Below, piece by piece: positions 56,033 through 64,000 of a stretch of DNA of 64,000 bases. This DNA comes from a virus (taxonomy: Duplodnaviria > Caudoviricetes): IMG/VR virus record IMGVR_UViG_3300043754_000129, positions 259,679 through 323,678 of that record. One strand, 5' to 3'. Made by a program: the position numbers and the translations under genes. The notes below the pieces were generated by a model. The model was not told where the DNA came from. It saw only the letters and a list, made by a program, of their open reading frames with translations, and did not search any database. Every line of letters starts with the position of its first letter. The first letter of the stretch is position 1.

Positions 56033-56469
56033 GGCACCATCGAAAGATCCTTGATGAGTGCGTACATCGAGTTCGGATCGAAGCGCCAAGCCGACTCGGT
56101 CAGACCCGCTGCGGTGAGGTCAGCATTGCTGCACCACCACTTGTTGCGCGCCACGTCCTTGATGGGACTGAAGACGAAACCGAGCAGACCGAACCAGTCG
56201 TAACCCTCGCCGTCGTGGGCTTGGAACCATGCCTTAGCTGCATCGAGATCACCGGGACCTTCGAGGATGTCGTACTGATCGGCGGGCAGCTGTTGGTTGT
56301 ACGCGGTGCGCACGCCCGTGCCCGGGACAGCTGACGCGATCGTGTACGTACCGTCTGCATTCTCAGCCAGGATCACTTCCGTATGGAAATACGGACCATG
56401 GCGCCACCAGCAGATGAACTTGTCCTTCAGGTTCGGTGGATTCTTTGCGAAAGCGTATTTCACGGCCAT
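56026..56469 (-). CDS. Permuted papain-like (NlpC/P60, YiiX-like) enzyme
   Basis: His before Cys: YFHTEV...GEGYDWFGLLG...KWWCSN. Confidence 0.75.
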   Translation of the reverse strand: MAVKYAFAKNPPNLKDKFICWWRHGPYFHTEVILAENADGTYTIASAVPGTGVRTAYNQQLPADQYDILEGPGDLDAAKAWFQAHDGEGYDWFGLLGFVFSPIKDVARNKWWCSNADLTAAGLTESAWRFDPNSMYALIKDLSMVPA

Positions 56470-57185
56470 TGGATAGCCTCCACTTGTTGGATTGTCGTTG
56501 CGGCGTACACTTGATAGCCAAGAATCGTGTTCTCAGCCATCTCTTGCAGCACCGCGGTTTTGGCATCCGAACCGACCTGCCAAATCTGACGCAGCGTGTG
56601 GTTACGGAACTCCCAGTCCGGTGGATCTTGCGACATGTCAGCGCACCAGAAGGGTGTCGTCCACATATCCCAAATCACCGAGCCGTCCACCACCGTCGCA
56701 CCGGGCGTACTCGGCCAGTTGGGTGGTTCACTGGAGGTGGTCCCGCCTTGCACCACGATGTACAGCTGCCTGTTCAACCACGTGCACTCACCTTCGACCA
56801 GTTGCGTATTGGGCTTCCAGTCTTCGGAGTTAAAGAGCACGAAGCCCATCGCCGACACAAGCGACGAGAGCATGTTCACCTGGTCAGTCGCCTTCGACGG
56901 ATACAGGTATTCACTACCGAGCGCGTTCGACAGGTAACCCGAATAGATCGCACCCTGACAAGCCTGGCTGATTTTCATGATCTGCGCGGCTTGCGCTAAC
57001 TGCAACGCGGATGCAGCGGCAATCGGTTGGATCGTCGGCGGTTCCGTGCTGCTGTCGATGTAGTACTGCTGCGGGTTCTCGTACTGGGCTTCCGTACAAA
57101 TCACCGCGCCAGCCGGGATCGTTCCATCCGGCGTCATCCCCACTCCACCCGTGGACATGAAGAAGTAGGTTGCTGTTCCCGTCAT
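56460..57185 (-). CDS. Tail fibre assembly-type protein (DUF4376-like) with CBM-like insertion
   Basis: SNALGSEYLYPSKATDQVN, TPFWCAD, HTLRQIWQVGSD, AATTIQQVEAIQW; insert WKPNT...WP...VVDGSVIW. Confidence 0.7.
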   Translation of the reverse strand: MTGTATYFFMSTGGVGMTPDGTIPAGAVICTEAQYENPQQYYIDSSTEPPTIQPIAAASALQLAQAAQIMKISQACQGAIYSGYLSNALGSEYLYPSKATDQVNMLSSLVSAMGFVLFNSEDWKPNTQLVEGECTWLNRQLYIVVQGGTTSSEPPNWPSTPGATVVDGSVIWDMWTTPFWCADMSQDPPDWEFRNHTLRQIWQVGSDAKTAVLQEMAENTILGYQVYAATTIQQVEAIQWP

Positions 57186-57190
57186 TTGTT

Positions 57191-57925
57191 TTAACTCGGC
57201 AGATAGATGAAGAAGGACGAGAGCGAGCTGCTCGTCGTATTGGTCGGTGCGGTCTGCGTCACCGTGATCGTCACCGGCACACCCTTGGTCACCGAGTACT
57301 GCGCGCTCATGATGCCCAAGTTAAAGCTGCCGCTGTTGTTGCTCAGGCTGTTGATGAGCGTACAGCCCACGGCTTGCGAGACCGCAATTTGCGGGCCGAC
57401 CGAGATAGCGTTCGTGCCGCCCGAGCCACCTTGACTCAGGATGGTAAGCAGGCCATTGGCACCTGGCGTGAACGAGAAGGACGTCGAGACCGTTTCGCTA
57501 CTGGACGTATTCGACACCAGGCTCGACTTCACGCTGTTCGCTGCCACCCCGCCCAGATTACTCAGGGCTTCGGCAGGGTTCTGTACGTCTTCCAGATTGT
57601 TGCCCGCTTGCAAGAAGAGAGCTTCGAAGACGGAGAGGATCACGGCGTACGGCACGCTGTAGAGCTTACCGGCACGCACGATCGTTAGGACGTCCGTATC
57701 TTGGAACGCCTTCACAGGAGGCGCATCGCCTGTGATCAATGCCTGGATGCCGGCCGACTGGGCAGCAAAGAGCTGCGCGATGTTGGAGGCAGTGGCTGCT
57801 GCTTGCGAGGCAGTCGCGGCAGAGGTCGAAGCCTGAGTCGCATACTGCTGCGCGTTGTTCATGTAGGTTTGAGCATTACCCGCAGCGAGGTCGGCTGCGC
57901 TCGCGCCATCGGTTCCATCTGACAT
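57191..57925 (-). CDS. Short fibre protein
   Basis: MSDG N-terminus; FLQAGNNLEDVQNPAEALSNLG fibre repeat; beta head. Confidence 0.75.
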   Translation of the reverse strand: MSDGTDGASAADLAAGNAQTYMNNAQQYATQASTSAATASQAAATASNIAQLFAAQSAGIQALITGDAPPVKAFQDTDVLTIVRAGKLYSVPYAVILSVFEALFLQAGNNLEDVQNPAEALSNLGGVAANSVKSSLVSNTSSSETVSTSFSFTPGANGLLTILSQGGSGGTNAISVGPQIAVSQAVGCTLINSLSNNSGSFNLGIMSAQYSVTKGVPVTITVTQTAPTNTTSSSLSSFFIYLPS

Positions 57926-57935
57926 AACTCTTTCC

Positions 57936-58052
57936 TTACTGTTGGCGAGGGCTCAGCAATACCGCGCGCTGGGGTTCCCGTCTTTGGAGTCTCTTGCGAT
58001 AAGAGTCCTGGATGAGTTTCATCAGGCACGCGAAAGACGACATAGAGGGCAT
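57936..58052 (-). CDS. Possible 38-aa small ORF
   Basis: AGGAATCGCC-ATG, MPSMSSFACLMKLIQ...; its stop lies next to the RBS of the following gene; too short for the ORF track. Confidence 0.3.
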   Translation of the reverse strand: MPSMSSFACLMKLIQDSYRKRLQRREPQRAVLLSPRQQ

Positions 58053-58086
58053 GGCGATTCCTAGTTGGGGAAGGACATAAAATGCC

Positions 58087-58125
58087 GGCATAAACGGGAG
58101 GCCGAAGCCTCCCTTGCTTTATGCG
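58087..58125 (-). terminator. Hairpin flanked by GCATAAA and TTTATGCC
   Basis: GGGAGGC-TTCG-GCCTCCC-GTTTATGCC. Confidence 0.7.
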
Positions 58126-59384
58126 TTCGCAATAAGCAGACCGACCAGCAAGATGTTGATCTTCGACACCAGTGCCGCTTGATTGGTTACCTGGATGTAC
58201 AGGTTGCCACTCGTGAGCGGTTGGATGAAGAAGGGCACCACCGTTTGCCAGTTGATCGCGGTGATCACGGGCGACTGGTACAGGATCGTACCCGCAGCGC
58301 CACCATCACGAATGGTGATCTGGTAGTTCTGCGTTTGTGCCGAGTCCACGTTCTGCGCCGTCATCATCAGGCCCAGAATCCCTTGCGACGTGGTGAGGCC
58401 AGAAGCCACCTGTGCGCCAACCGAAATCCCGTTGGTAGCGGTCAGCATCAGGTTCGAGGCGTTGTACTGCTTGGCATTCACGCCACCCTGTGCAATGGCT
58501 GCCGCAGCAGAAGCACTGGCCGCGGAAGCCGCAGCACCCGTAGCGGAGTTCGCTGCACTCGTAGCCGACGTAGCTGCCTGAGCAGCAGAAGCCGATGCCG
58601 CTTGGGCTTGCGTCTGGGCATTGGCTGCTTGCGTGTTCGACTGGGTTGCAGCCGTATTCGCACTGGCCGCACTGTTAGCCGCCGCACTGGCTTGAGCCTG
58701 CGCATCTTGATCCGAGAGCGAGGCACCCTGCGACGCATTGGCAGCAAGTGCTGCGGACTGCGAAGCATTGGTAGCTGCCGTTTGCGCCATCGCTTCTTGG
58801 TTGCTCAGCTGAGACAGAGTTGAAGCAGCTTGAGTGGCAGAAGCAGCGGCATCTGTAGCAGAACCAGCAGCTGCCGTAGCAGAGGCTGCGGCGTTGTCGG
58901 CGTAACCGCTGGCATTGGTAACCTGGACGGCGGCCGAGGTAGCGGACGAGGCGGCATTGGTAGCTGACGCAGCAGCAGCCGTAGCGCTCGCACTTGCGTT
59001 TGTTGCGCTCGTGGCAGCCGCAGTAGCCTTGTTCGATGCGTTAGTACTCGATGCAGCAGCCGCCGTCGCACTGGCGGTAGCGCTCGTAGCAGACGCAGCT
59101 GCTGACGTTTGCGAAGCATTGACTGCTGTCTCTTGAGTCGCAATTTGTGCCTCGACTGCTTGTGCATCCGTCAACGACGTTTGTGCCGCAGCCGCGCTCG
59201 TTTGCGCAGCCGTCGCACTGGTTTGTGCTGCATTGGCCGAGACCACCGCCGCTTCAGCGCTGGCAGTGGCTGATTCAGCATTCGTTTGTGCCCAGTCAGC
59301 ATCGTGAGCCGCAGCTAACAGATCCGCAGCCAGATCCGCGCCGTTGGTTGCGGCAATGCCTGAGGCGAGACCATCAGAAGACAT
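58119..59384 (-). CDS. Ala-stalk fibre protein with beta-rich C-terminal domain
   Basis: MSSDG N-terminus, about 300-aa Ala/Ser/Thr/Gln stalk. Confidence 0.8.
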   Translation of the reverse strand: MSSDGLASGIAATNGADLAADLLAAAHDADWAQTNAESATASAEAAVVSANAAQTSATAAQTSAAAAQTSLTDAQAVEAQIATQETAVNASQTSAAASATSATASATAAAASSTNASNKATAAATSATNASASATAAAASATNAASSATSAAVQVTNASGYADNAAASATAAAGSATDAAASATQAASTLSQLSNQEAMAQTAATNASQSAALAANASQGASLSDQDAQAQASAAANSAASANTAATQSNTQAANAQTQAQAASASAAQAATSATSAANSATGAAASAASASAAAAIAQGGVNAKQYNASNLMLTATNGISVGAQVASGLTTSQGILGLMMTAQNVDSAQTQNYQITIRDGGAAGTILYQSPVITAINWQTVVPFFIQPLTSGNLYIQVTNQAALVSKINILLVGLLIANA

Positions 59385-59400
59385 CTTGATTCCTCACGAA

Positions 59401-59427
59401 ATAAAACGGGAGACCGAAGTCCCCCGT
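59401..59427 (-). terminator. Rho-independent terminator
   Basis: ACGGGGGAC-TTCG-GTCTCCCGT then TTTAT. Confidence 0.75.
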
Positions 59428-59444
59428 CGCGAAAAGAGAGTCGC

Positions 59445-61061
59445 TTAACCCACGCGCCATGCAAAGCCGATCGGGTTGTTGGCCGTGAACGGACCGAGCA
59501 CACCCGAACCACCTGCACCAACACCAGCGGCTTGTTGACCACCGCCTGCGTTGGCCACGAAGTACGCCCACTTCTGGCTCGCCGTACCCGGCAGCACGAA
59601 GGTGTCGTTACCCGTACCTTGCGGAACGAGTGCCACGAACTGACCGAGGCCAGCCGCGTTGGTCGGCACCAGTGCGCTACCCAGTGCACCCGAACCCGCG
59701 ATACCGTTGAAGTTCGCACCGTCCATCTGGAGGATGAGGGTGGTGTCCGAGGGCAGCGTGATCGACGAGACGTTGATACCGAAGGCCGTGTTGAACACAC
59801 CCGCCGACGTATTCAGAGTCAGAGCACCCGACGAGAGGTTCACGAACGCCAAGCACTTCGACGTATCGCCCGCAGCAGGCGCCGGTACGTTGACCGTGTA
59901 GCCACCTGCGTCACCGATTGGCACTTCGTAGATCTTGCCGTAACCCGGGCTCGTGAGGTTGGTGTTGGCCTTGACCTGGATCGTACCCGAGAACATCCCG
60001 AAGGCGTTCAGGTTGGCAGCGGTGGTAGCCGCAGCAGTTGCCGAGTTAGCAGCGTTGGTGGCGCTGGTTGCAGCAGCCGTAGCAGAACCCGAAGCCGCAC
60101 TTGCTTGCGTGCTGGCCGACGTAGCCGACGATGCGGCACCCGTTGCACTCGTTTGAGCCGCGGTTGCGGAATTCGATGCAGCCACAGCCGAGTTGCTGGC
60201 GTTGCCTGCTTGATTGCTTGCGGTCGTCGCCGAGCTAGCGGCTTGCGTCGCGGAGTTCGCCGCTTCCGTGGCAGCCGTGTTGGCGTTACCCGCGCTGGTC
60301 GACGCTGCCGTGCCAGACGCCGCAGCGGCTTGCGCATACTGGAGTGCCGACATGTAGCTCGTACCGTTCACGTTCCCCGAAGTCTGGGCAGCCCAGGCTT
60401 GCGAGAGACCGGCGGAGGTAGCCGCAGCGGATGCCGAAGCACCGGCGGCCGTAGCGGAGGCAGCAGCGGCAGTCGCCGAGGCTTGAGCCGCCGAGAGTTG
60501 TGCCGCGATCGAATAGTCGATGTTGTTCCACTGCGTACCCGAATACACCCGCAGCTTGTTGCTGGTGGTGTTCTCGTACATCGCCCCGGCTTGCACCGGT
60601 TGACCGTTGCCATCCACCGTCGGATCATTGGCACCGGCACCCAGGAAGTAGGTGTTGTAGGTGTGCATGAACGCGGTGAGCGACGTAGCGGTCTGAGCGA
60701 AAGCCGCGAGTGCATCTTGCGTGGACGTGAAGGCTTGAGCAGCGCTGGCTTGCGATGCTTGCGCTTGAGCAGCCGAAGCTGCGGCAGCGGTAGCCGATTG
60801 ACTGGCCCACGTGGCGCTTTGGCCCGAGGAACCGGAATTGGTCGAAGACGTCGTGGCGGCTTGCGAGGCAGTCGCGGCCGAAGCCGCAGCAGCTGTCGCC
60901 GATTGAGCCGCAGCAGCAGCTGATGCATTCGCACTGGCGATCGTGTCCGAGTTCACACTCGCGATCACGCTGTCAATGAAGTTCTCGAGAGCCGTATTGA
61001 CGGCACTCGCCAGTGCGGTGGATGCGCTGCTTACGCCGTCCGAGTTGGTACCGTCCGACAT
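59445..61061 (-). CDS. Ala-stalk fibre protein sharing modules with the 2028-aa fibre
   Basis: Start MSDGTN at 61061; FLGAGANDPTVDGNG module and AWAAQ..V.G..YMSA knuckle. Confidence 0.8.
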   Translation of the reverse strand: MSDGTNSDGVSSASTALASAVNTALENFIDSVIASVNSDTIASANASAAAAAQSATAAAASAATASQAATTSSTNSGSSGQSATWASQSATAAAASAAQAQASQASAAQAFTSTQDALAAFAQTATSLTAFMHTYNTYFLGAGANDPTVDGNGQPVQAGAMYENTTSNKLRVYSGTQWNNIDYSIAAQLSAAQASATAAAASATAAGASASAAATSAGLSQAWAAQTSGNVNGTSYMSALQYAQAAAASGTAASTSAGNANTAATEAANSATQAASSATTASNQAGNASNSAVAASNSATAAQTSATGAASSATSASTQASAASGSATAAATSATNAANSATAAATTAANLNAFGMFSGTIQVKANTNLTSPGYGKIYEVPIGDAGGYTVNVPAPAAGDTSKCLAFVNLSSGALTLNTSAGVFNTAFGINVSSITLPSDTTLILQMDGANFNGIAGSGALGSALVPTNAAGLGQFVALVPQGTGNDTFVLPGTASQKWAYFVANAGGGQQAAGVGAGGSGVLGPFTANNPIGFAWRVG

Positions 61062-61119
61062 AATGAATGATCCTTTTATGGCTGTGGAGAAGACAAGCAT
61101 AAAATGACCAAATAAAAAA

Positions 61120-61151
61120 GACGGCATACAGCCCCGGCACGAGGCCGGGGC
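61120..61151 (-). terminator. Hairpin followed by TGTATGCCGTC
   Basis: GCCCCGGC-CTCGT-GCCGGGGC-TGTATGCCGTCTTTTTT. Confidence 0.6.
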
Positions 61152-61284
61152 GGGGACTACTTCGTCATCAGATCGAAGTGCACGTAGCAATAGTCACTGT
61201 TCTTCATGACCGAGCCCGTACAACCTTGAAAGCGACAGACTCGGAAACTACGGTAACGCTTGTACATCCACTGCTCCTTGTTGG

Positions 61285-62658
61285 TTAGGCAGCAATCCGT
61301 TCGTTCTCGTCTTCCTCGACCTCGACCTCGTATTCAGTCGCGATGTGTTTGAGGAAGGCGACGCGCTCGGAGTGCGAACCCGGAATGGCGTTCACGAAAT
61401 CGTTGGCTTCCTTGTGGTGATCGAAGTACAGCGCTTGCAGATCACACCCGAGGATGTCGTCGAAACGAATCGTGCTGTCGAGGTAAATGTTCGGGAACAT
61501 CAGTTCGATGTACTCGACCACTTCCTTGTGATGCAACTTGCCGATTTCGAAGATGTGGTCCGTGCGACCCTTACGCAGGATTGCCGGATCGATCTCCTCG
61601 ATCACGTTGGTTGTCAAGATGGTGATGAGACCATCCATCCCCACCACGCCATCGAAGGCATTCAGGATGCCCGAAAGCGTGATTTCCTTCGTGCCGTACG
61701 GGTTAGTGTTGGCCCGCGCCTCGTCGACTGCGGCGCGCGTTGACTGATAACGCATGCCGTCACGAATGAGTGTGGCCGGACACGAGTCGAAGTCTTCGAT
61801 CAGCAGCAGTGTGTTGCTCGGCAAGTAGGACAGTGCAATGGACAGGCCGACGTCGGAGACCGCATTCAGATCCAGCACTGCAATCGACATATTGAAGTAC
61901 GTAGCCAGTGCGCGCACCAGACTCGTCTTACCGGTACCCGGAGGTCCCGAGAAGATGAACGTCTTCTTCCAGGGTAGACCACGCTCCTTGTACCATTCCT
62001 TCTCGGCGTAGAACGCCTTGATGTCCCCGATGAGCTTGTCCTTGATCGCCTTGTCGATGATCACACTCGCCATGTCGCGGCGCAATGCGTGCGTCTGCGA
62101 CGACCAAGTCTGATCGTGGATGCGCCAGCGATAGATCTGGATCTTGCTCTGATCGAGCTTGAAGCTGAACTCGTCAACGAGCGCTTGCAGGATGCGCCTA
62201 TCTCGTCCGAACATGGTCACGCTGATCACGAACATCGTGTTCTCGTTACCCTGTCGCTCCAGCATTCGACGGGACGCCTTGAAGTAGCGCCGTTTGAAGA
62301 AGAACCAGTGTTGCCCCGAACCGGCTCCCAGCTTTGCGGTCTTGCCTTCCTTCAACAGGTCGTCAATCGCCGAACCATAGGTGATGAGACTGTAGTGGCG
62401 AGTGAAGCGTGCGTACTTCTGCTCCACCAACCAGTTCATGAACATCGTGTAATTCTCTTGCGAAAACCCCATGCCGCTGTTGTCCAACTCCAGCGTCGTA
62501 GTGATCTGTCCGTAGATCCAAGCGTAGATGCGCGCTGGGATTTTCCGGAAGACCAACGTCACCATTGAGACCCCCCACAATGAGACGATGCCGGCGACGA
62601 CTGGATTTGACTTCGTGTAGGCGGTGAATGCTACCCACCATAGAACGAGATGGCCCAT
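61285..62658 (-). CDS. BCS1-like membrane-anchored AAA+ ATPase
   Basis: N-terminal TM, WYKERGLPWKK, GPPGTGKTS, LLIEDFD, TLSGILNAFDGV, TTN..IDPAILRKGRTD. Confidence 0.9.
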   Translation of the reverse strand: MGHLVLWWVAFTAYTKSNPVVAGIVSLWGVSMVTLVFRKIPARIYAWIYGQITTTLELDNSGMGFSQENYTMFMNWLVEQKYARFTRHYSLITYGSAIDDLLKEGKTAKLGAGSGQHWFFFKRRYFKASRRMLERQGNENTMFVISVTMFGRDRRILQALVDEFSFKLDQSKIQIYRWRIHDQTWSSQTHALRRDMASVIIDKAIKDKLIGDIKAFYAEKEWYKERGLPWKKTFIFSGPPGTGKTSLVRALATYFNMSIAVLDLNAVSDVGLSIALSYLPSNTLLLIEDFDSCPATLIRDGMRYQSTRAAVDEARANTNPYGTKEITLSGILNAFDGVVGMDGLITILTTNVIEEIDPAILRKGRTDHIFEIGKLHHKEVVEYIELMFPNIYLDSTIRFDDILGCDLQALYFDHHKEANDFVNAIPGSHSERVAFLKHIATEYEVEVEEDENERIAA

Positions 62659-62694
62659 GTTGTCCTTTATTGCTGTTGTTTAACTGGTCTGGTT

Positions 62695-63102
62695 TTACTT
62701 CTTGTTCAAACGGTCCTGTGCTGCGGCTACGGCTTCCATCTTTTCTTCCCGGGTGAGGAACACCCAGTTATCCACATCCTTGGCTGCACGACCACAGCCC
62801 TTGCAAAAATCATCGAACAACGTCGAGCACACCCCGATGCATCCCGACGGAACATCCTGCGTGGGCAGGAGGTTGGCTGCCGCGGCTTTAGCAAGCTCTT
62901 GCGGCGGTACCCCGATTGGTTCAGCTTTCACTTTCGACTCGCGAATGTGTTTGGCAAAGAAGTTGGCGATAGACTTCGCTTGATCGGGAGAGACCCCAGG
63001 AATCAGGGTCTGGTAATTCTCCACGAGCACAGCGCACTCTTCGATCACATCGATGCGGATCTCTTCAGGCGACTGGCGTTTCATTACATCGATCCGTCCC
63101 AC
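62695..63102 (-). CDS. Protein with C-terminal DUF1289-like Cys cluster
   Basis: CIGVCS....CKGCGR....NW...EEK. Confidence 0.75.
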   Translation of the reverse strand: MGRIDVMKRQSPEEIRIDVIEECAVLVENYQTLIPGVSPDQAKSIANFFAKHIRESKVKAEPIGVPPQELAKAAAANLLPTQDVPSGCIGVCSTLFDDFCKGCGRAAKDVDNWVFLTREEKMEAVAAAQDRLNKK

Positions 63103-63302
63103 TTGAACTTGGCGACTTTGGCCTCTTCGATGAAGTGCGGCGCCTCGCGGCTCAGGATGGAGATGGCGTTTTCTCGCGCCAGCTGCTCATCCTTCGGTCC
63201 ACCCGGCGTCGCACGCTCGGTCAGGGGATAGCATTTACTATCGATGATCAGATAGTAACTCCGACCCATGAAACCATCCCCGTATTCGAGTTGGAACTCC
63301 AT
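63084..63302 (-). CDS. Hypothetical protein
   Basis: 72-aa ORF with GGAGGG RBS. Confidence 0.65.
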   Translation of the reverse strand: MEFQLEYGDGFMGRSYYLIIDSKCYPLTERATPGGPKDEQLARENAISILSREAPHFIEEAKVAKFKWDGSM

Positions 63303-63649
63303 CAGCCCTCCGCCGCTTCGGTGTTCTGTGCGACAGCGTCCACCACCTTGTCGACGAACGATTGCACTTGCGGCGCAATAATGCCCATCAACTTGCTGAC
63401 GTACGCTTCGAGTTCTTCCTTCGTGAAGACGACGAAGGCGCCATCCTTGCGATTGAAGCAGTTGCTGGCGAACTCGATTTCTTCGGTCCCCGTCTTCGCT
63501 GCATCCCCAAGCGGTGAGTAGAGCAACTGGCAGCCATCTTCGTTTTCCTTGATGACAAACAGTTCGCCCATCTCATTCATCTTGTTGAGCGTGGCGAAAA
63601 TCGTATTCACCGGCTCTTTACAGAGCTGTTTGTAAGTGACGATCTTCAT
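63302..63649 (-). CDS. Hypothetical protein
   Basis: 115-aa ORF with GGAGG RBS. Confidence 0.7.
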   Translation of the reverse strand: MKIVTYKQLCKEPVNTIFATLNKMNEMGELFVIKENEDGCQLLYSPLGDAAKTGTEEIEFASNCFNRKDGAFVVFTKEELEAYVSKLMGIIAPQVQSFVDKVVDAVAQNTEAAEG

Positions 63650-63682
63650 TGGACCTCCAGGTCCTTTGTTGGTTGGTAGTTC

Positions 63683-64000
63683 TTAACGACGACCGCTGCG
63701 CACAGTCGTTGCGACGCTCTTCGCCGTGTAGGAGGCCTTTGCCGTATAGCCGCCGTAGCCGGTGTTCTTCACACCGTAGTCCCCGCCAGTATTTTTCGCC
63801 TTGGGGTAGTCGGCTGCTTGCTTCACAGTCTGGGCAGGAGTGGCCCACCAGCTGGTCTTCGGCTGAGCCGGCGGAGGCGGAGCCGTGACTTGAGCGTTGA
63901 CCGCAGTCGGGAAGGCGCCGACCTTAGGCGTGCCAGCCTGGGCGTAGTTCGGAGCCACCTTAGCGCCAGGCGCAGCAGGTGCAGCAGCAGCAGCAGGCTG
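63683..64000 (-). CDS. Partial Pro/Ala-rich protein (start lies beyond the window)
   Basis: The frame stays open to the window edge; low complexity. Confidence 0.55.
   Translation of the reverse strand, partial: QPAAAAAPAAPGAKVAPNYAQAGTPKVGAFPTAVNAQVTAPPPPAQPKTSWWATPAQTVKQAADYPKAKNTGGDYGVKNTGYGGYTAKASYTAKSVATTVRSGRR

Larger units (their letters stand above)
1..64000 (-). other. Fragment of a large lytic (jumbo-type) phage genome, probably infecting Burkholderiales
   Basis: Dense co-oriented minus-strand genes, many small hypotheticals, a 38-kb fibre block, S74 chaperone, auxiliary NAD and nucleotide enzymes, and no host housekeeping operons. The host is inferred from a Burkholderia-like Dcd. 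Confidence 0.9.

Noticed and set aside
39007-61061. Repetitive GCx/ACx DNA resembling tandem repeats or a CRISPR array
   Set aside because: The repetition reflects Ala/Ser/Thr codons in frame. There are no fixed-length direct repeats with unique spacers and no cas genes.
20-64000. Many long plus-strand ORFs (e.g. 2357-4081, 7746-9896, 39064-40572, 48551-50323)
   Set aside because: They mirror real minus-strand genes, are Arg/Cys/His-rich with no motifs or RBS, and are expected antisense to high-GC, codon-biased genes.

Overview
This is a 64-kb segment of a large, high-GC lytic dsDNA phage, very probably a jumbo phage. Every credible gene lies on the minus strand. The long plus-strand ORFs are antisense shadows. 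A Burkholderiales host is suggested by a dCTP deaminase closely resembling the Burkholderia enzyme and by Burkholderia-style lipoprotein and tail-assembly modules. Positions 1-22.4 kb are an accessory, early-type region. It holds a 2OG-Fe(II) oxygenase, a triple winged-helix protein, an adjacent PRPP-synthetase-like + NAMPT-like pair (NARP1-type NAD+ reconstitution), a membrane protein + lipoprotein pair, dcd with two insertions, a HigA-like HTH, an HslV/proteasome-fold protein, a CAP-domain lipoprotein and many small hypothetical genes. Positions 22.7-61.1 kb are an unusually large block of about 25 fibre/adhesin-type genes. These include a 17-18-aa-repeat protein, six tandem ~770-aa paralogs with an Asp-box propeller plus a short insert-less relative, a ~2030-aa Ala-rich fibre, two C1q-like proteins, an S74-chaperone tail fibre, an ILEI/GG-domain protein and many Ala/Ser-stalk proteins with shared N-termini and different heads. 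Positions 61.3-64 kb hold a BCS1-like AAA+ ATPase and small genes. Non-coding signals are a 29-bp promoter-like motif in 3-4 copies, a family of hairpins followed by TATGC instead of a U-tract, and a candidate structured RNA at 16.07-16.31 kb. No tRNA, rRNA, CRISPR array, integrase or transposase was recognised. All family assignments come from motifs recognised by eye; no database search was run.
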